Origin: Anaerovoracaceae bacterium
GTDB lineage: Bacteria; Bacillota; Clostridia; Peptostreptococcales; Anaerovoracaceae
Assembly: GCA_045113935.1 (NCBI GenBank)
Contig: JBGUJM010000026.1
Span: 3,771 to 67,770 of the forward strand
Direction of reading: 5' to 3'
DNA length: 64,000 bases
Shown here: positions 8,707 to 18,377 of the stretch, in pieces
How positions within the stretch are numbered: the first letter of the stretch is position 1
How the letters are laid out: every line of letters starts with the position of its first letter
Program-made: the position numbers and the translations under genes
The notes under the pieces: generated by a model
Told to the model about the DNA's origin: nothing
The model's input: only the letters and a program-made list of their open reading frames with translations
Database searches by the model: none

Positions 8707-10514
8707 TGCTGAAAAATGACAGGATGCTGACAAAACTATTCATAAGGCTGCTGCCGGTCCAGGTACTACTGGTCGCGGCTCAGGCACTCAACTCGATCGT
8801 GGACGGTACGGTTGCCGGCAGGTGCATATCTTCCGGCACGGTAGGTATCTTCGGCCTGTACTACTCGATGCTGTGTATTTATGATGCCGTGACGGGCGTG
8901 ATCCTGGGAGGAACTGCAGTGCTGTGCGGGCGAAGCATGGGATGCGGTGACACTGCCCGTACAAGCAGAATTTTTTCGCTCAACATCACGATCACCACTG
9001 CTGCAGGAGCAGTACTGGCGCTTCTGAGTGTTCTGATGCCGGGAACGATAGCGGATATTCTGGGCGCAAGCCCGGAACTGAAAGGGGACCTGTCTGAGTA
9101 CATAAGGTGGTACTCGATAGGCATCATTCCTCTGCTGCTCGGCAAGCAGATATCGGCATTTCTGGAGATGGAAAGGCAGAGCAGAAGGGGGCTTACCGGG
9201 ATATTCTTCATGGCTGCCACTAACTGCACGCTGGATGTCTTTCTGGTATATGTGATGCATATGGGAGTACGGGGACTGGCGCTGGCCACAGCGACCGCTT
9301 CGTGGGTATATCTTCTTATTCTCATACCATATTACTTCACTGACAGAGCTCAGCTGAAATACAGCTGGACGTCGATTGACTGGAGCGATCTGCTGCCAAT
9401 GTTCCGGATCGGAGCTCCGGGAGCGCTGCTTGTTACGTGTCTTGCTTTCAGAGGAATAATAATCAACAGACTGCTGCTGCATTACAGCGGGCAGGATGGG
9501 CTTTCAGCCATGTCCGCTTTCAATCTGCTGGCAGGTCTCTTCCTTGCATATGCAATGGGAGTGGGAGCTGTCGTACGTATGCTCAGCAGCGTGTTCATGG
9601 GAGAGGAAGACCGCGATTCAATAAAAGCTCTGATGAGAATCGCATGGAAAAAGATGGTCCCGGCCTCTGCGGCTCTGACTGTATTCATCATTCTTCTCGC
9701 AAAACCTATCGCGTCGCTTTTTTTCAAGGATACTTCTTCTGAGGTGTTCCGGCTGGCTGTACAGCTCTTCGTGATCTATGCGCTGTGCATCCCTGCGGTG
9801 GTTGCCATCCAGGTGATCGTTAACTATTTTCAGGCCACAGGGCACAATACGATCGTCAACATCATGTCTGTTTTCGACGGCATCATCTCCATGGTCATAC
9901 CTTCGATGATTCTTGCTCCGGTAATGGGAGCGACCGGTGTCTGGCTGGCTAACCCGATAGGAATGGCACTGACACTTCTTCTGGTGCCTGCTTACGCTGT
10001 TTTCCGTTGTAAACACTTCCCGCGTACATCAGATGAGTGGCTCATGCTTCCGGATGACTTCGGTGTGCCTTATGAGGACAGGCTGGATATTACTGTGCAC
10101 GGACTGGATGAAGTTGTGCAGACAGCCGAAAGAGTTCAGACTTTCTGCGAAAAGCACGGCACAGATCCGCGGACTGCCCATTTCTCGGCATTATGTATGG
10201 AGGAGATGTCCGCCAATGTCATCAAACACGGATTCAATAAGGATAATAAGAAGCATGATGTCAATGTCAGGGCTGTCTGGAAGAGCGGAGATGTGATGCT
10301 GCGGATCAAAGATGACTGCGTTCCGTTTGACCCGAAGGAAAGGGCAGAGCAGGTCTGCGGAGATGATCCGGTGAGGAATCTCGGAGTCAGAGTGGTCACC
10401 AGACTGGCCGATGAGATCACATATCAGAATATGCTCGGACTGAATGTGCTGACCATAAGACTATCCGGAAAAAAACAAGAATTCACCGGCAGTCTTCTTG
10501 ACACGGCAGAGTGA
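8703..10514 (+). CDS. MATE-family efflux transporter fused to a C-terminal SpoIIAB/RsbW-like HATPase domain
   Basis: The first ~450 aa are polytopic, with 12 predicted TM and a MATE-like 'LNSIVDGTVAGR' start. The C-terminal ~135 aa read 'CMEEMSANVIKHG...MLRIKDDCVPFDP...NLGVRVVTRLADEITY', an N-box and G-box pattern like anti-sigma-factor kinases. The start overlaps the thiN stop (ATGA). Confidence 0.75.
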   Translation: MMLKNDRMLTKLFIRLLPVQVLLVAAQALNSIVDGTVAGRCISSGTVGIFGLYYSMLCIYDAVTGVILGGTAVLCGRSMGCGDTARTSRIFSLNITITTAAGAVLALLSVLMPGTIADILGASPELKGDLSEYIRWYSIGIIPLLLGKQISAFLEMERQSRRGLTGIFFMAATNCTLDVFLVYVMHMGVRGLALATATASWVYLLILIPYYFTDRAQLKYSWTSIDWSDLLPMFRIGAPGALLVTCLAFRGIIINRLLLHYSGQDGLSAMSAFNLLAGLFLAYAMGVGAVVRMLSSVFMGEEDRDSIKALMRIAWKKMVPASAALTVFIILLAKPIASLFFKDTSSEVFRLAVQLFVIYALCIPAVVAIQVIVNYFQATGHNTIVNIMSVFDGIISMVIPSMILAPVMGATGVWLANPIGMALTLLLVPAYAVFRCKHFPRTSDEWLMLPDDFGVPYEDRLDITVHGLDEVVQTAERVQTFCEKHGTDPRTAHFSALCMEEMSANVIKHGFNKDNKKHDVNVRAVWKSGDVMLRIKDDCVPFDPKERAEQVCGDDPVRNLGVRVVTRLADEITYQNMLGLNVLTIRLSGKKQEFTGSLLDTAE

Positions 10515-10556
10515 TTCTTGTTACCATTTATCGATTGAATTAAAAGGAGTATACGG

Positions 10557-11762
10557 ATGGATAAAAAAATATCATCACGCATAGAATTCAGCCCTACGAT
10601 CGATATAAAACTGCTTCGAGACGCAGGTATTGATTTATCGTCACAGTACACTATTCTTCCCGGTTTTTGCGACGTGCATGTGCACTTCAGAGAGCCGGGT
10701 TTTTCTTATAAGGAAACAATAGCGACAGGAAGCAAAGCGGCGGCTCACGGCGGATACACCGCGGTATGTACAATGCCCAACCTGAATCCGGTGTCAGATA
10801 CTGCGGATCATCTGAATGAACAGATCAGGATCATAGAGAAAGACGCCTGTATTCACGTATATCCTTATGCGGCAATCACAATGGGACAGAAGGGGGAAGA
10901 ACTTGCTGATCTTGATGGCATGGCCGGAAACTGTATCGCTTTCTCAGATGACGGACACGGAGTACAGTCAGATGATATGATGAGGGAGGCGATGATCAGA
11001 GCAAAATCTCTCGGTAAGATCATCACAGCACATTGCGAAGTAAACAGCCTGCTGCGCGGCGGCTATATACATGACGGCCGCTATGCCCGAGAGCATGGAC
11101 ACAGGGGTATCTGCTCAGAGTCTGAATGGGGACAGATAGCAAGAGATCTGAAACTGGCGGCTGAAACAGGCTGCCCGTATCATGTGTGTCATATCTCAAC
11201 GAAGGAGAGCGTTGACATCATCCGCAAGGCGAAGGCTGAGGGAGTGGATGTCACGTGTGAGACTGCACCGCACTATCTGCTGCTCGACGACAGTATGCTT
11301 GAAGAAGACGGTAAGTGGAAAATGAATCCTCCTATCCGAAGTGCGGCTGACAGAGAAGCTTTGATCGAAGGCCTGATCGACGGTACCATTGACTGTATTG
11401 CGACAGATCACGCTCCGCATTCCGCGGAAGAAAAATCCCGCGGCCTCGAAAAGTCAGCTTTCGGGATAGTCGGCATCGAGACAGCATTCCCGCTGCTTTA
11501 TACTTATCTCGTGCAGCCGGGGATCATTACCATGGACAAGCTCGAGGAGCTGCTTGTATACAATCCGAGAAGGAGATTCGGCATCCCGCTGGGCAACGAC
11601 TACTCAGTATGGAACATGGACGCTGAGTGGAACATAACACCGGAACTTGATTTTCTGTCTATGGGCAAAGCAACGCCTTTTGAAGGGTGGAGAGTCAGCG
11701 GTATCAACGTTCTGACTGTCTGCGACGGAAAACCGGTATATACATATAATGATTTAAAATAA
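10557..11762 (+). CDS. pyrC: Dihydroorotase
   Basis: 'FCDVHVHFREPG' (HxH metal site), 'GGYTAVCTMPNLNP' and 'IATDHAPH', within a pyr operon. Confidence 0.9.
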   Translation: MDKKISSRIEFSPTIDIKLLRDAGIDLSSQYTILPGFCDVHVHFREPGFSYKETIATGSKAAAHGGYTAVCTMPNLNPVSDTADHLNEQIRIIEKDACIHVYPYAAITMGQKGEELADLDGMAGNCIAFSDDGHGVQSDDMMREAMIRAKSLGKIITAHCEVNSLLRGGYIHDGRYAREHGHRGICSESEWGQIARDLKLAAETGCPYHVCHISTKESVDIIRKAKAEGVDVTCETAPHYLLLDDSMLEEDGKWKMNPPIRSAADREALIEGLIDGTIDCIATDHAPHSAEEKSRGLEKSAFGIVGIETAFPLLYTYLVQPGIITMDKLEELLVYNPRRRFGIPLGNDYSVWNMDAEWNITPELDFLSMGKATPFEGWRVSGINVLTVCDGKPVYTYNDLK

Positions 11763-11795
11763 CAGGGAAACAGTTATAGGTAAAAAGGGGAAACA

Positions 11796-14700
11796 ATGGC
11801 TAAAAGGAAAGACATCAAGAAGGTTCTTATCATCGGCTCCGGCCCGATCGTCATCGGTCAGGCTGCTGAGTTTGACTACGCGGGCACTCAGGCCTGCCTG
11901 GCGCTCAAGGAAGAAGGCTATGAAGTAATACTCTGCAATTCAAACCCGGCTACGATCATGACAGACACCTCCATTGCAGACAAAGTATACATGGAGCCGC
12001 TTACACTGGAATACATCGCCAAGATCCTGAGATATGAGAGACCGGACGCGATCGTTCCGGGGATCGGCGGTCAGACAGGGCTCAATCTTGCGATGCAGCT
12101 CGAGAAAAAAGGCGTACTCAGGGAGTGCCGTGTTGAATTGCTGGGGACTCCGGGCGAGTCCATCGAAAGAGCCGAGGACAGGGAACTTTTCAAGGAAATG
12201 TGTCAGTCAATAGGCGAGCCTGTCATCCCGAGTGAGATTACATACAGCATAGAAGAGGCGAAAAAAGCTGCTGAGGATATCGGATATCCTGTTGTTCTCA
12301 GACCGGCATTCACTCTTGGAGGCACAGGCGGCGGATTCGCCAATGATGAGAAAGAGCTTGAAGATATAGCTATCAACGCGTTCAATCTCTCGCCGGTGCA
12401 TCAGGTTCTGGTGGAGAAGTCTGTCAAAGGCTATAAGGAAATTGAATTCGAGGTCATGCGTGACGGCACTGATAATGCCATCACTATATGCGGTATGGAG
12501 AATGTTGACCCTGTCGGAGTCCACACAGGAGATTCCATTGTTGTCGCGCCGATCCTGTCACTGAACGATCACGATCTCAAAATGCTCAATGACTCTGCTA
12601 TAAGGATCATCCGTGAACTCAGGATAGAGGGAGGCTGCAATGTTCAGTTCGCGCTGCACCCTGAGACAAGCGAGTACTACCTGATAGAAGTCAATCCGCG
12701 TGTATCGAGATCTTCCGCTCTTGCGTCCAAAGCATCAGGTTACCCGATCGCGCGAGTCACAGCCAAGATCGCAGTGGGCATGACTCTTGAAGAGATCGAA
12801 GTCGCGGGAGGCAAAGCCAGCACTGAACCGAGTCTGGACTATATTGTGGCCAAATTTCCGAGATTCCCGTTTGACAAGTTTGCCGATGCTTCGAACATGC
12901 TGGGCACACAGATGAAGGCTACCGGCGAGGTCATGGGCATAGGCTCGACACTTACCGAGAGTTTTCTCAAATCCATTCGCTCGCTCGAAACCGGAGTATG
13001 CCACCTGCATCTCGATAAGTTCGACGGCATGAGCCGGAACAATCTGAGAGAGTACATCTCAGAATTCAGAGATGACAATATGTATGCGATCGCTGAACTC
13101 CTCAGAAGAGGGATCAGCGTCGAAGAGATCCATAAGGTTACTAAGATCACGGAAATATTCCTCGAAGCTTTCAAGGAAATCATTGACATGGAGAAAACTC
13201 TCAAGGAGAGGGTCAATGATGTGAAAACGCTGAAAGTTGCCAAAATAACCGGCTTCTCTGACAAAGAAATCGCAAGGCTCTGGAACCTCACAGAAGAGGA
13301 AATATACAATAAGAGAAAGAAAAACGGCATCGTTCCTGTGTTCAGGATGGTGGATACCCTGCATACAGGCAAGTACATCGCTTACCTGTACTCCTCATAT
13401 ACGGGCAAGAATGATTCCAGACTTACGGATAAGAAAAAGATCATAGTCCTCGGAGCCGGTCCGATCAGGATCGGACAGGGCGTCGAGTTTGACTACTCGA
13501 CGGTGCACGCTGTGCAGACCATCAAGCGTGCCGGCTACGAAGCCATCATCATCAACAATAACCCTGAGACTGTTTCAACTGATTACACGACAGCAGACAA
13601 GCTGTATTTCGAGCCGCTGACAGTAGAGGACGTTATGGCCATCATCGACTTCGAACAGCCGGAAGGCGTCATTGCGACACTCGGCGGACAGACAGCCATT
13701 AATCTGGCAGAGCCGCTGAGAGACAGAGGCGTCAGACTGATAGGAACAGACTGTGAGGCCATCGACAGGGCAGAGAACAGAGACCGGTTCGAGAAGGTGC
13801 TGGAGGAGCTCGGTATCCCTCAGCCGCCGGGGCGCGCAGTCACCAGAATAGAGGACGGTGTCGCAGCTGCGGCAGAGATTGGGTATCCTGTTCTTGTCAG
13901 ACCTTCATTCGTGCTCGGCGGCAGAGCTATGCAGATCGTAGGAGATGAAGCCCAGCTGAGACATTATCTCAAGACTGCTGTTGAGATAGATGAGGACAAG
14001 CCTGTTCTGGTTGACAAATACATACAGGGTAAGGAAGTTGAGGTCGATGCGATCTGTGATGGCAGAGATGTATTCGTTCCCGGCATTATGGAACTCGTAG
14101 AGAGGACCGGAATACACTCCGGCGACTCTATATCTGTATATCCGACATTCTCTATCAGCAACAAAGTCAAGGGCCTGATTCTCCAGTATGCTAAAAAACT
14201 GGGAGTCGGCATCGGAATAGTGGGGCTTTACAATATCCAGTTTATCGTAGACGAGAACGAGGATGTATATATAATAGAAGTCAACCCAAGATCTTCAAGA
14301 ACAGTACCTTTCCTGTCCAAATCAACAGGCTACAGTCTGGCCGATATCGCGACGGAAGTCATTCTCGGCAAGACACTTAAGGAGCAGGGTCTGTTCGACC
14401 TCTATCCGGAAGAGAAGAAGAGATACTACGTCAAGGTGCCTGTATTCAGTTTCAACAAGATCAAAGGCCTCGATACATATCTCTCACCTGAGATGAAGTC
14501 GACCGGAGAAGCGATAGGCTATGACAACAAACTCAACCGTGCTCTGTACAAAGCTCTGACTGCTTCCGGTACAAAACTGAGAAATTACGGAACTGTATTC
14601 GCGACTCTCGCAGGTGCCGACAAGGCAGAAGCGCTGCCGCTGATCAGAAGATTCTACAATCTGGGATTCAACATTGAGGCAACACCGGGAACTGCGAGAT

Positions 14701-14969
14701 TCCTCAAGGAGAACGGCATCCGTACAAGAGAAATGAAGAAGATAAGCGAAGGCTCTGATGAGATCCTCGAAACGATCAGAAACGGGCACATCGCTTACAT
14801 CCTTAACACAAGGAAAGTCGGCGACCATGTCACCGCAAACGACGGCGCGCTGATCAGACAGTGTGCGAGCGAAAACAACGCGACACTGTTCACTTCGCTC
14901 GATACAGTCAGAGTACTTCTGGATGTGCTCGAAGAAACAACACAGACGATATCCACAATAGACGCATAG
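11796..14969 (+). CDS. carB: Carbamoyl-phosphate synthase large subunit
   Basis: 1057 aa with duplicated ATP-grasp halves: 'VLIIGSGPIVIGQAAEFDYAGTQA' and 'IIVLGAGPIRIGQGVEFDYSTVHA'. There is a C-terminal MGS-like domain. Confidence 0.95.
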   Translation: MAKRKDIKKVLIIGSGPIVIGQAAEFDYAGTQACLALKEEGYEVILCNSNPATIMTDTSIADKVYMEPLTLEYIAKILRYERPDAIVPGIGGQTGLNLAMQLEKKGVLRECRVELLGTPGESIERAEDRELFKEMCQSIGEPVIPSEITYSIEEAKKAAEDIGYPVVLRPAFTLGGTGGGFANDEKELEDIAINAFNLSPVHQVLVEKSVKGYKEIEFEVMRDGTDNAITICGMENVDPVGVHTGDSIVVAPILSLNDHDLKMLNDSAIRIIRELRIEGGCNVQFALHPETSEYYLIEVNPRVSRSSALASKASGYPIARVTAKIAVGMTLEEIEVAGGKASTEPSLDYIVAKFPRFPFDKFADASNMLGTQMKATGEVMGIGSTLTESFLKSIRSLETGVCHLHLDKFDGMSRNNLREYISEFRDDNMYAIAELLRRGISVEEIHKVTKITEIFLEAFKEIIDMEKTLKERVNDVKTLKVAKITGFSDKEIARLWNLTEEEIYNKRKKNGIVPVFRMVDTLHTGKYIAYLYSSYTGKNDSRLTDKKKIIVLGAGPIRIGQGVEFDYSTVHAVQTIKRAGYEAIIINNNPETVSTDYTTADKLYFEPLTVEDVMAIIDFEQPEGVIATLGGQTAINLAEPLRDRGVRLIGTDCEAIDRAENRDRFEKVLEELGIPQPPGRAVTRIEDGVAAAAEIGYPVLVRPSFVLGGRAMQIVGDEAQLRHYLKTAVEIDEDKPVLVDKYIQGKEVEVDAICDGRDVFVPGIMELVERTGIHSGDSISVYPTFSISNKVKGLILQYAKKLGVGIGIVGLYNIQFIVDENEDVYIIEVNPRSSRTVPFLSKSTGYSLADIATEVILGKTLKEQGLFDLYPEEKKRYYVKVPVFSFNKIKGLDTYLSPEMKSTGEAIGYDNKLNRALYKALTASGTKLRNYGTVFATLAGADKAEALPLIRRFYNLGFNIEATPGTARFLKENGIRTREMKKISEGSDEILETIRNGHIAYILNTRKVGDHVTANDGALIRQCASENNATLFTSLDTVRVLLDVLEETTQTISTIDA

Positions 14970-15000
14970 GTGTGAAGGAGAGACCTGTTCCCATTGACAT

Positions 15001-15870
15001 ATGAAACAAGGAATATTTTCGATCAAAGATAATATCGCATTGACACCGACGACTTACTGCATGAGTCTGGAAGGAGATACGAGTGCCATAACGGCTCCGG
15101 GGCAGTTCATCAACATCAGACTTGACGGACATTTTCTCCGCAGGCCGATCAGCGTGCATGATGTCGAGTACCCATCAGAGGACGGTGCTTCTGATGGAAT
15201 CGTTACGATCATATACAAGGTGCTCGGACATGGCACAGAAGATATGACACATTACAGGCCCGGGAGAACACTTGACGTGCTTACCGGACTCGGAAACGGA
15301 TATGATCTGTCAGATGCAGGAGAGCATCCTGTTCTGATTGGCGGCGGCGTAGGCATCCCGCCTCTGTATTTTGCCGCAAAGAGACTCATTACAGGTATTG
15401 ACTGCGCAGAAACAGGAGATACGGGCGTCAGGGACGTAACTGTAATACTCGGATTCAACTCCGCTGAAGAGATGTATTATGTCGAAGAATTTGAAGAACT
15501 GGGATGCAGAGTCATAGTGGCGACTGCCGATGGCAGTGAAGGTATAAAGGGATTCGTTACTGACGCGTTCAGAGCTGCTGCAGGTATGTGTGACTCACCG
15601 TGCCTTGCTGAGGCGGGGCTGGCAGAAGACTCTGATTCGGAGTTTACCCGCTTTACGCACTTCTATACCTGCGGACCGGAGCCTATGCTCAGGGCTTTGT
15701 ATAAAGAGGTGTATAAGGAAGCAGGAATCAGCGGACAGATGAGTTTTGAGGAGCGCATGGGATGTGGTTTCGGAGCCTGCATGGGATGCAGCATCAGGAC
15801 CAGAGACGGATATAAGCGCATCTGTAAAGACGGTCCGGTTCTGCGGACGGAGGAAATACTATGGCAGTGA
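15001..15870 (+). CDS. pyrK: Dihydroorotate dehydrogenase B electron-transfer subunit
   Basis: FAD/NAD-binding fold 'RRPISV' and 'LIGGGVGIPPL'. C-terminal 2Fe-2S ligands 'CGFGACMGCS...C'. It lies immediately upstream of, and overlaps, pyrD. Confidence 0.85.
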   Translation: MKQGIFSIKDNIALTPTTYCMSLEGDTSAITAPGQFINIRLDGHFLRRPISVHDVEYPSEDGASDGIVTIIYKVLGHGTEDMTHYRPGRTLDVLTGLGNGYDLSDAGEHPVLIGGGVGIPPLYFAAKRLITGIDCAETGDTGVRDVTVILGFNSAEEMYYVEEFEELGCRVIVATADGSEGIKGFVTDAFRAAAGMCDSPCLAEAGLAEDSDSEFTRFTHFYTCGPEPMLRALYKEVYKEAGISGQMSFEERMGCGFGACMGCSIRTRDGYKRICKDGPVLRTEEILWQ

Positions 15871-16811
15871 TCAGGACGATAGAAATGGGAAACAGTCTGC
15901 CCGATACAAGAGTGGAACTTTGCGGCATCGGGCTGGACAATCCGGTGATACCGGCTTCGGGTACATTCGGTTACGGCTATGAGTTTGCTGATCTGTATGA
16001 TATCAACTGCCTGGGGACATTCTCATTCAAAGGTACGACCAGAGAGCCGAGATTCGGGAATGAGACACCGAGGATAGCGGAGTGTCCGTCGGGCATGCTC
16101 AATGCCGTAGGCCTGCAGAATCCCGGAGTGGAGAAAGTCATCTCTGAGGAACTGCCGAAACTCGCCAGAGTTTTCAGCAAGCCTGTTATGGCCAATGTCA
16201 GTGGCTTCTCGGTAGAAGACTATGTATATACGACAGAACTGCTGGCTTCTCAGGAGCAGGTCGGGTGGCTCGAGATCAACATAAGCTGTCCGAACGTGCA
16301 CGGCGGCGGCATGTCTTTCGGAACGGATCCATGCATGGCGGCAGATGTAGTGAGCGCTGTCAGGAAGGTGACAGACAAGCCTCTTATTATCAAGCTGTCG
16401 CCGAATGTAACGGATATAGCCGGCATAGCAAAAGCCTGTGAGGACGCAGGTGCGGATGGCATCAGTCTCATCAATACCCTTATGGGAATGAGAATAGATC
16501 TGAAGAAACGGAGACCATTACTCGCCAATACGACAGGTGGATACTCCGGACCTGCTGTTTTACCTGTAGCACTCAGAATGGTATATCAGGTGTATGAAGC
16601 GGTCCGCATTCCGGTCGTGGGAATGGGCGGCATCTCTACTGCAGAGGACGTCCTGGAGATGATGATGGCAGGCGCGGCAGCGGTGGAAGTCGGAGCGGCT
16701 AATCTGATCGATCCTTATGTATCGGCAAATATAGTCAGAGAGCTGCCGTCAGCTATGGCAAAACTGGGTATAGACCGTCTCAGCGATATCATTGGAACTG
16801 CGCACAAGTGA
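15861..16811 (+). CDS. pyrD: Dihydroorotate dehydrogenase B catalytic subunit
   Basis: 'LDNPVIPASGTFGYG', 'NAVGLQNPG', 'LEINISCPNV' (catalytic Cys) and 'GGYSGPA'. An alternative start exists at 15885. Confidence 0.9.
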   Translation: MAVIRTIEMGNSLPDTRVELCGIGLDNPVIPASGTFGYGYEFADLYDINCLGTFSFKGTTREPRFGNETPRIAECPSGMLNAVGLQNPGVEKVISEELPKLARVFSKPVMANVSGFSVEDYVYTTELLASQEQVGWLEINISCPNVHGGGMSFGTDPCMAADVVSAVRKVTDKPLIIKLSPNVTDIAGIAKACEDAGADGISLINTLMGMRIDLKKRRPLLANTTGGYSGPAVLPVALRMVYQVYEAVRIPVVGMGGISTAEDVLEMMMAGAAAVEVGAANLIDPYVSANIVRELPSAMAKLGIDRLSDIIGTAHK

Positions 16812-16889
16812 CAGCTATAGGTTAATAGTGTATACTATCTTTGTGAGATTGTGTGCATTGGAGAAGCATAAAAGCAGTGGAGGACTGAT

Positions 16890-17642
16890 ATGGGTAGAGA
16901 CGTAATAATCGCGTGCGATTTTGCAAGCGCGGAGGAGACGATAAGATTCCTCGATAAATTCAATAAGATACAGTCTGAAGTTGTATCATGCGATCACATC
17001 AGTATCAGCGTCAGCAGGCCGTTTGTCAAGATCGGAATGGAATTGTTTTATGCTGAGGGACCGCAGATCGTTAAGACACTCAAAGAGAGAGGGCACAAAG
17101 TCTTCCTCGATCTCAAACTTCACGATATACCTAATACCGTCAAGAAGGCTATGATAGTGCTCGGCGCCTATGGAGTGGACATGGTAAATGTTCATGCGGC
17201 AGGCGGTATAGATATGATGAAAGCTGCGAAGGAAGGTCTCATGCTCGGAGCAGTCAGATATGCTGACAAGCCGAAGCTTATCGCCGTGACGCAGCTGACG
17301 TCGACAGATGAGAAGACTATGCACGATGAACTGCTGATCGACAGACCCCTTCCTGAGGTAGTCAGACAGTATGCTCTGAATGCGAAGGCTGCCGGACTCG
17401 ACGGAGTCGTATGTTCGGCTATGGAAGCTGCTGATATACATTTGGCGTGCGGATCAGAATTCCTTACAGTAACGCCGGGCATAAGACTGGCAGGCGACAG
17501 TGTCGGAGACCAGAAGAGAGTCATGACACCGGCCGATGCCAGAGAGCAGGGATCAGACTACATCGTAGTCGGCAGATCGATCACCGGTGAGGCGAAGCCA
17601 ATTGACGCATATCAGAAGTGCAGAGAAGATTTTATCGGATAG
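16890..17642 (+). CDS. pyrF: Orotidine-5'-phosphate decarboxylase
   Basis: 'IIACDF', '[14 protein letters not shown]' and 'IVVGRSI' are OMP decarboxylase signature motifs. Confidence 0.9.
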   Translation: MGRDVIIACDFASAEETIRFLDKFNKIQSEVVSCDHISISVSRPFVKIGMELFYAEGPQIVKTLKERGHKVFLDLKLHDIPNTVKKAMIVLGAYGVDMVNVHAAGGIDMMKAAKEGLMLGAVRYADKPKLIAVTQLTSTDEKTMHDELLIDRPLPEVVRQYALNAKAAGLDGVVCSAMEAADIHLACGSEFLTVTPGIRLAGDSVGDQKRVMTPADAREQGSDYIVVGRSITGEAKPIDAYQKCREDFIG

Positions 17643-17725
17643 CGCACCTGCAATAACAGCATAGATCCACTACTTATGGCAAGGGCTCAGAGCACTTGCC
17701 ATTAATATAATGAGAGGAAAAAGAA

Positions 17726-18373
17726 ATGGACAGAAGAAAAGAGATAGCAAGGCTGATCGCCGGTGATCTGCTCAGCATAAGGGCAGTATTCCTCAGACCT
17801 GAGGAACCTTTTACATGGGCGAGCGGTATCAAAAGCCCGATCTACTGCGATAACAGGCTTACACTGACAGCGCCGGAGGTCAGGACAGATGTTGAGACAT
17901 CTCTGGCTGAGGTGATCAGGAGCGCTTTTCCGGATGCAGAGGTGCTGATGGGAACCGCGACTGCAGGAATAGCGCATGCCGCAATAACGGCTCACCTGAT
18001 GGGGCTTCCTATGGGATATGTCAGGTCAGGAGCCAAGGATCACGGTAGAGGCAATCAGATAGAGGGACGTCTTGAAGCAGGTCAGAAAGTCGTAGTCGTT
18101 GAGGATCTGATCTCGACAGGAGGCAGCTGCATCGAAACAGTCAAGGTGCTTCGTGAGGCAGGAGCCGATGTCCTCGGCGTTATCTCCATCATGACATATG
18201 GCATGAAGAAAGGAATAGACCGGATGGCTGAGGCCGGAATAGAGTGGACATCACTGACTGATTTTGATACGGTCATCGAAGTTGCGGCTGAACAGGATTA
18301 CATCAGCGCAGAAGCGATAGACAGGCTTAAGGCTTTCCGTGATGACCCATCCGATGAGAGCTGGATAAAATAA
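17726..18373 (+). CDS. pyrE: Orotate phosphoribosyltransferase
   Basis: 'FTWASGIKSPIYCDNR' and the PRPP loop 'VVVVEDLISTGGS'. Confidence 0.9.
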   Translation: MDRRKEIARLIAGDLLSIRAVFLRPEEPFTWASGIKSPIYCDNRLTLTAPEVRTDVETSLAEVIRSAFPDAEVLMGTATAGIAHAAITAHLMGLPMGYVRSGAKDHGRGNQIEGRLEAGQKVVVVEDLISTGGSCIETVKVLREAGADVLGVISIMTYGMKKGIDRMAEAGIEWTSLTDFDTVIEVAAEQDYISAEAIDRLKAFRDDPSDESWIK

Positions 18374-18377
18374 CACC

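Noticed and set aside
8766-9482. 238-aa minus-strand ORF, together with 8879-9325
   Set aside because: Both are antisense to the MATE transporter gene. The sequences are low-complexity and Arg/Ser/His-rich, with no RBS context.
17676-17702. Hairpin atggcaag..cttgccat upstream of pyrE as a PyrR attenuator
   Set aside because: No U-tract follows the stem. The loop 'GGCUCAGAGCA' only loosely resembles the PyrR box (UCCAGAGAGG). No pyrR gene is present in the window.
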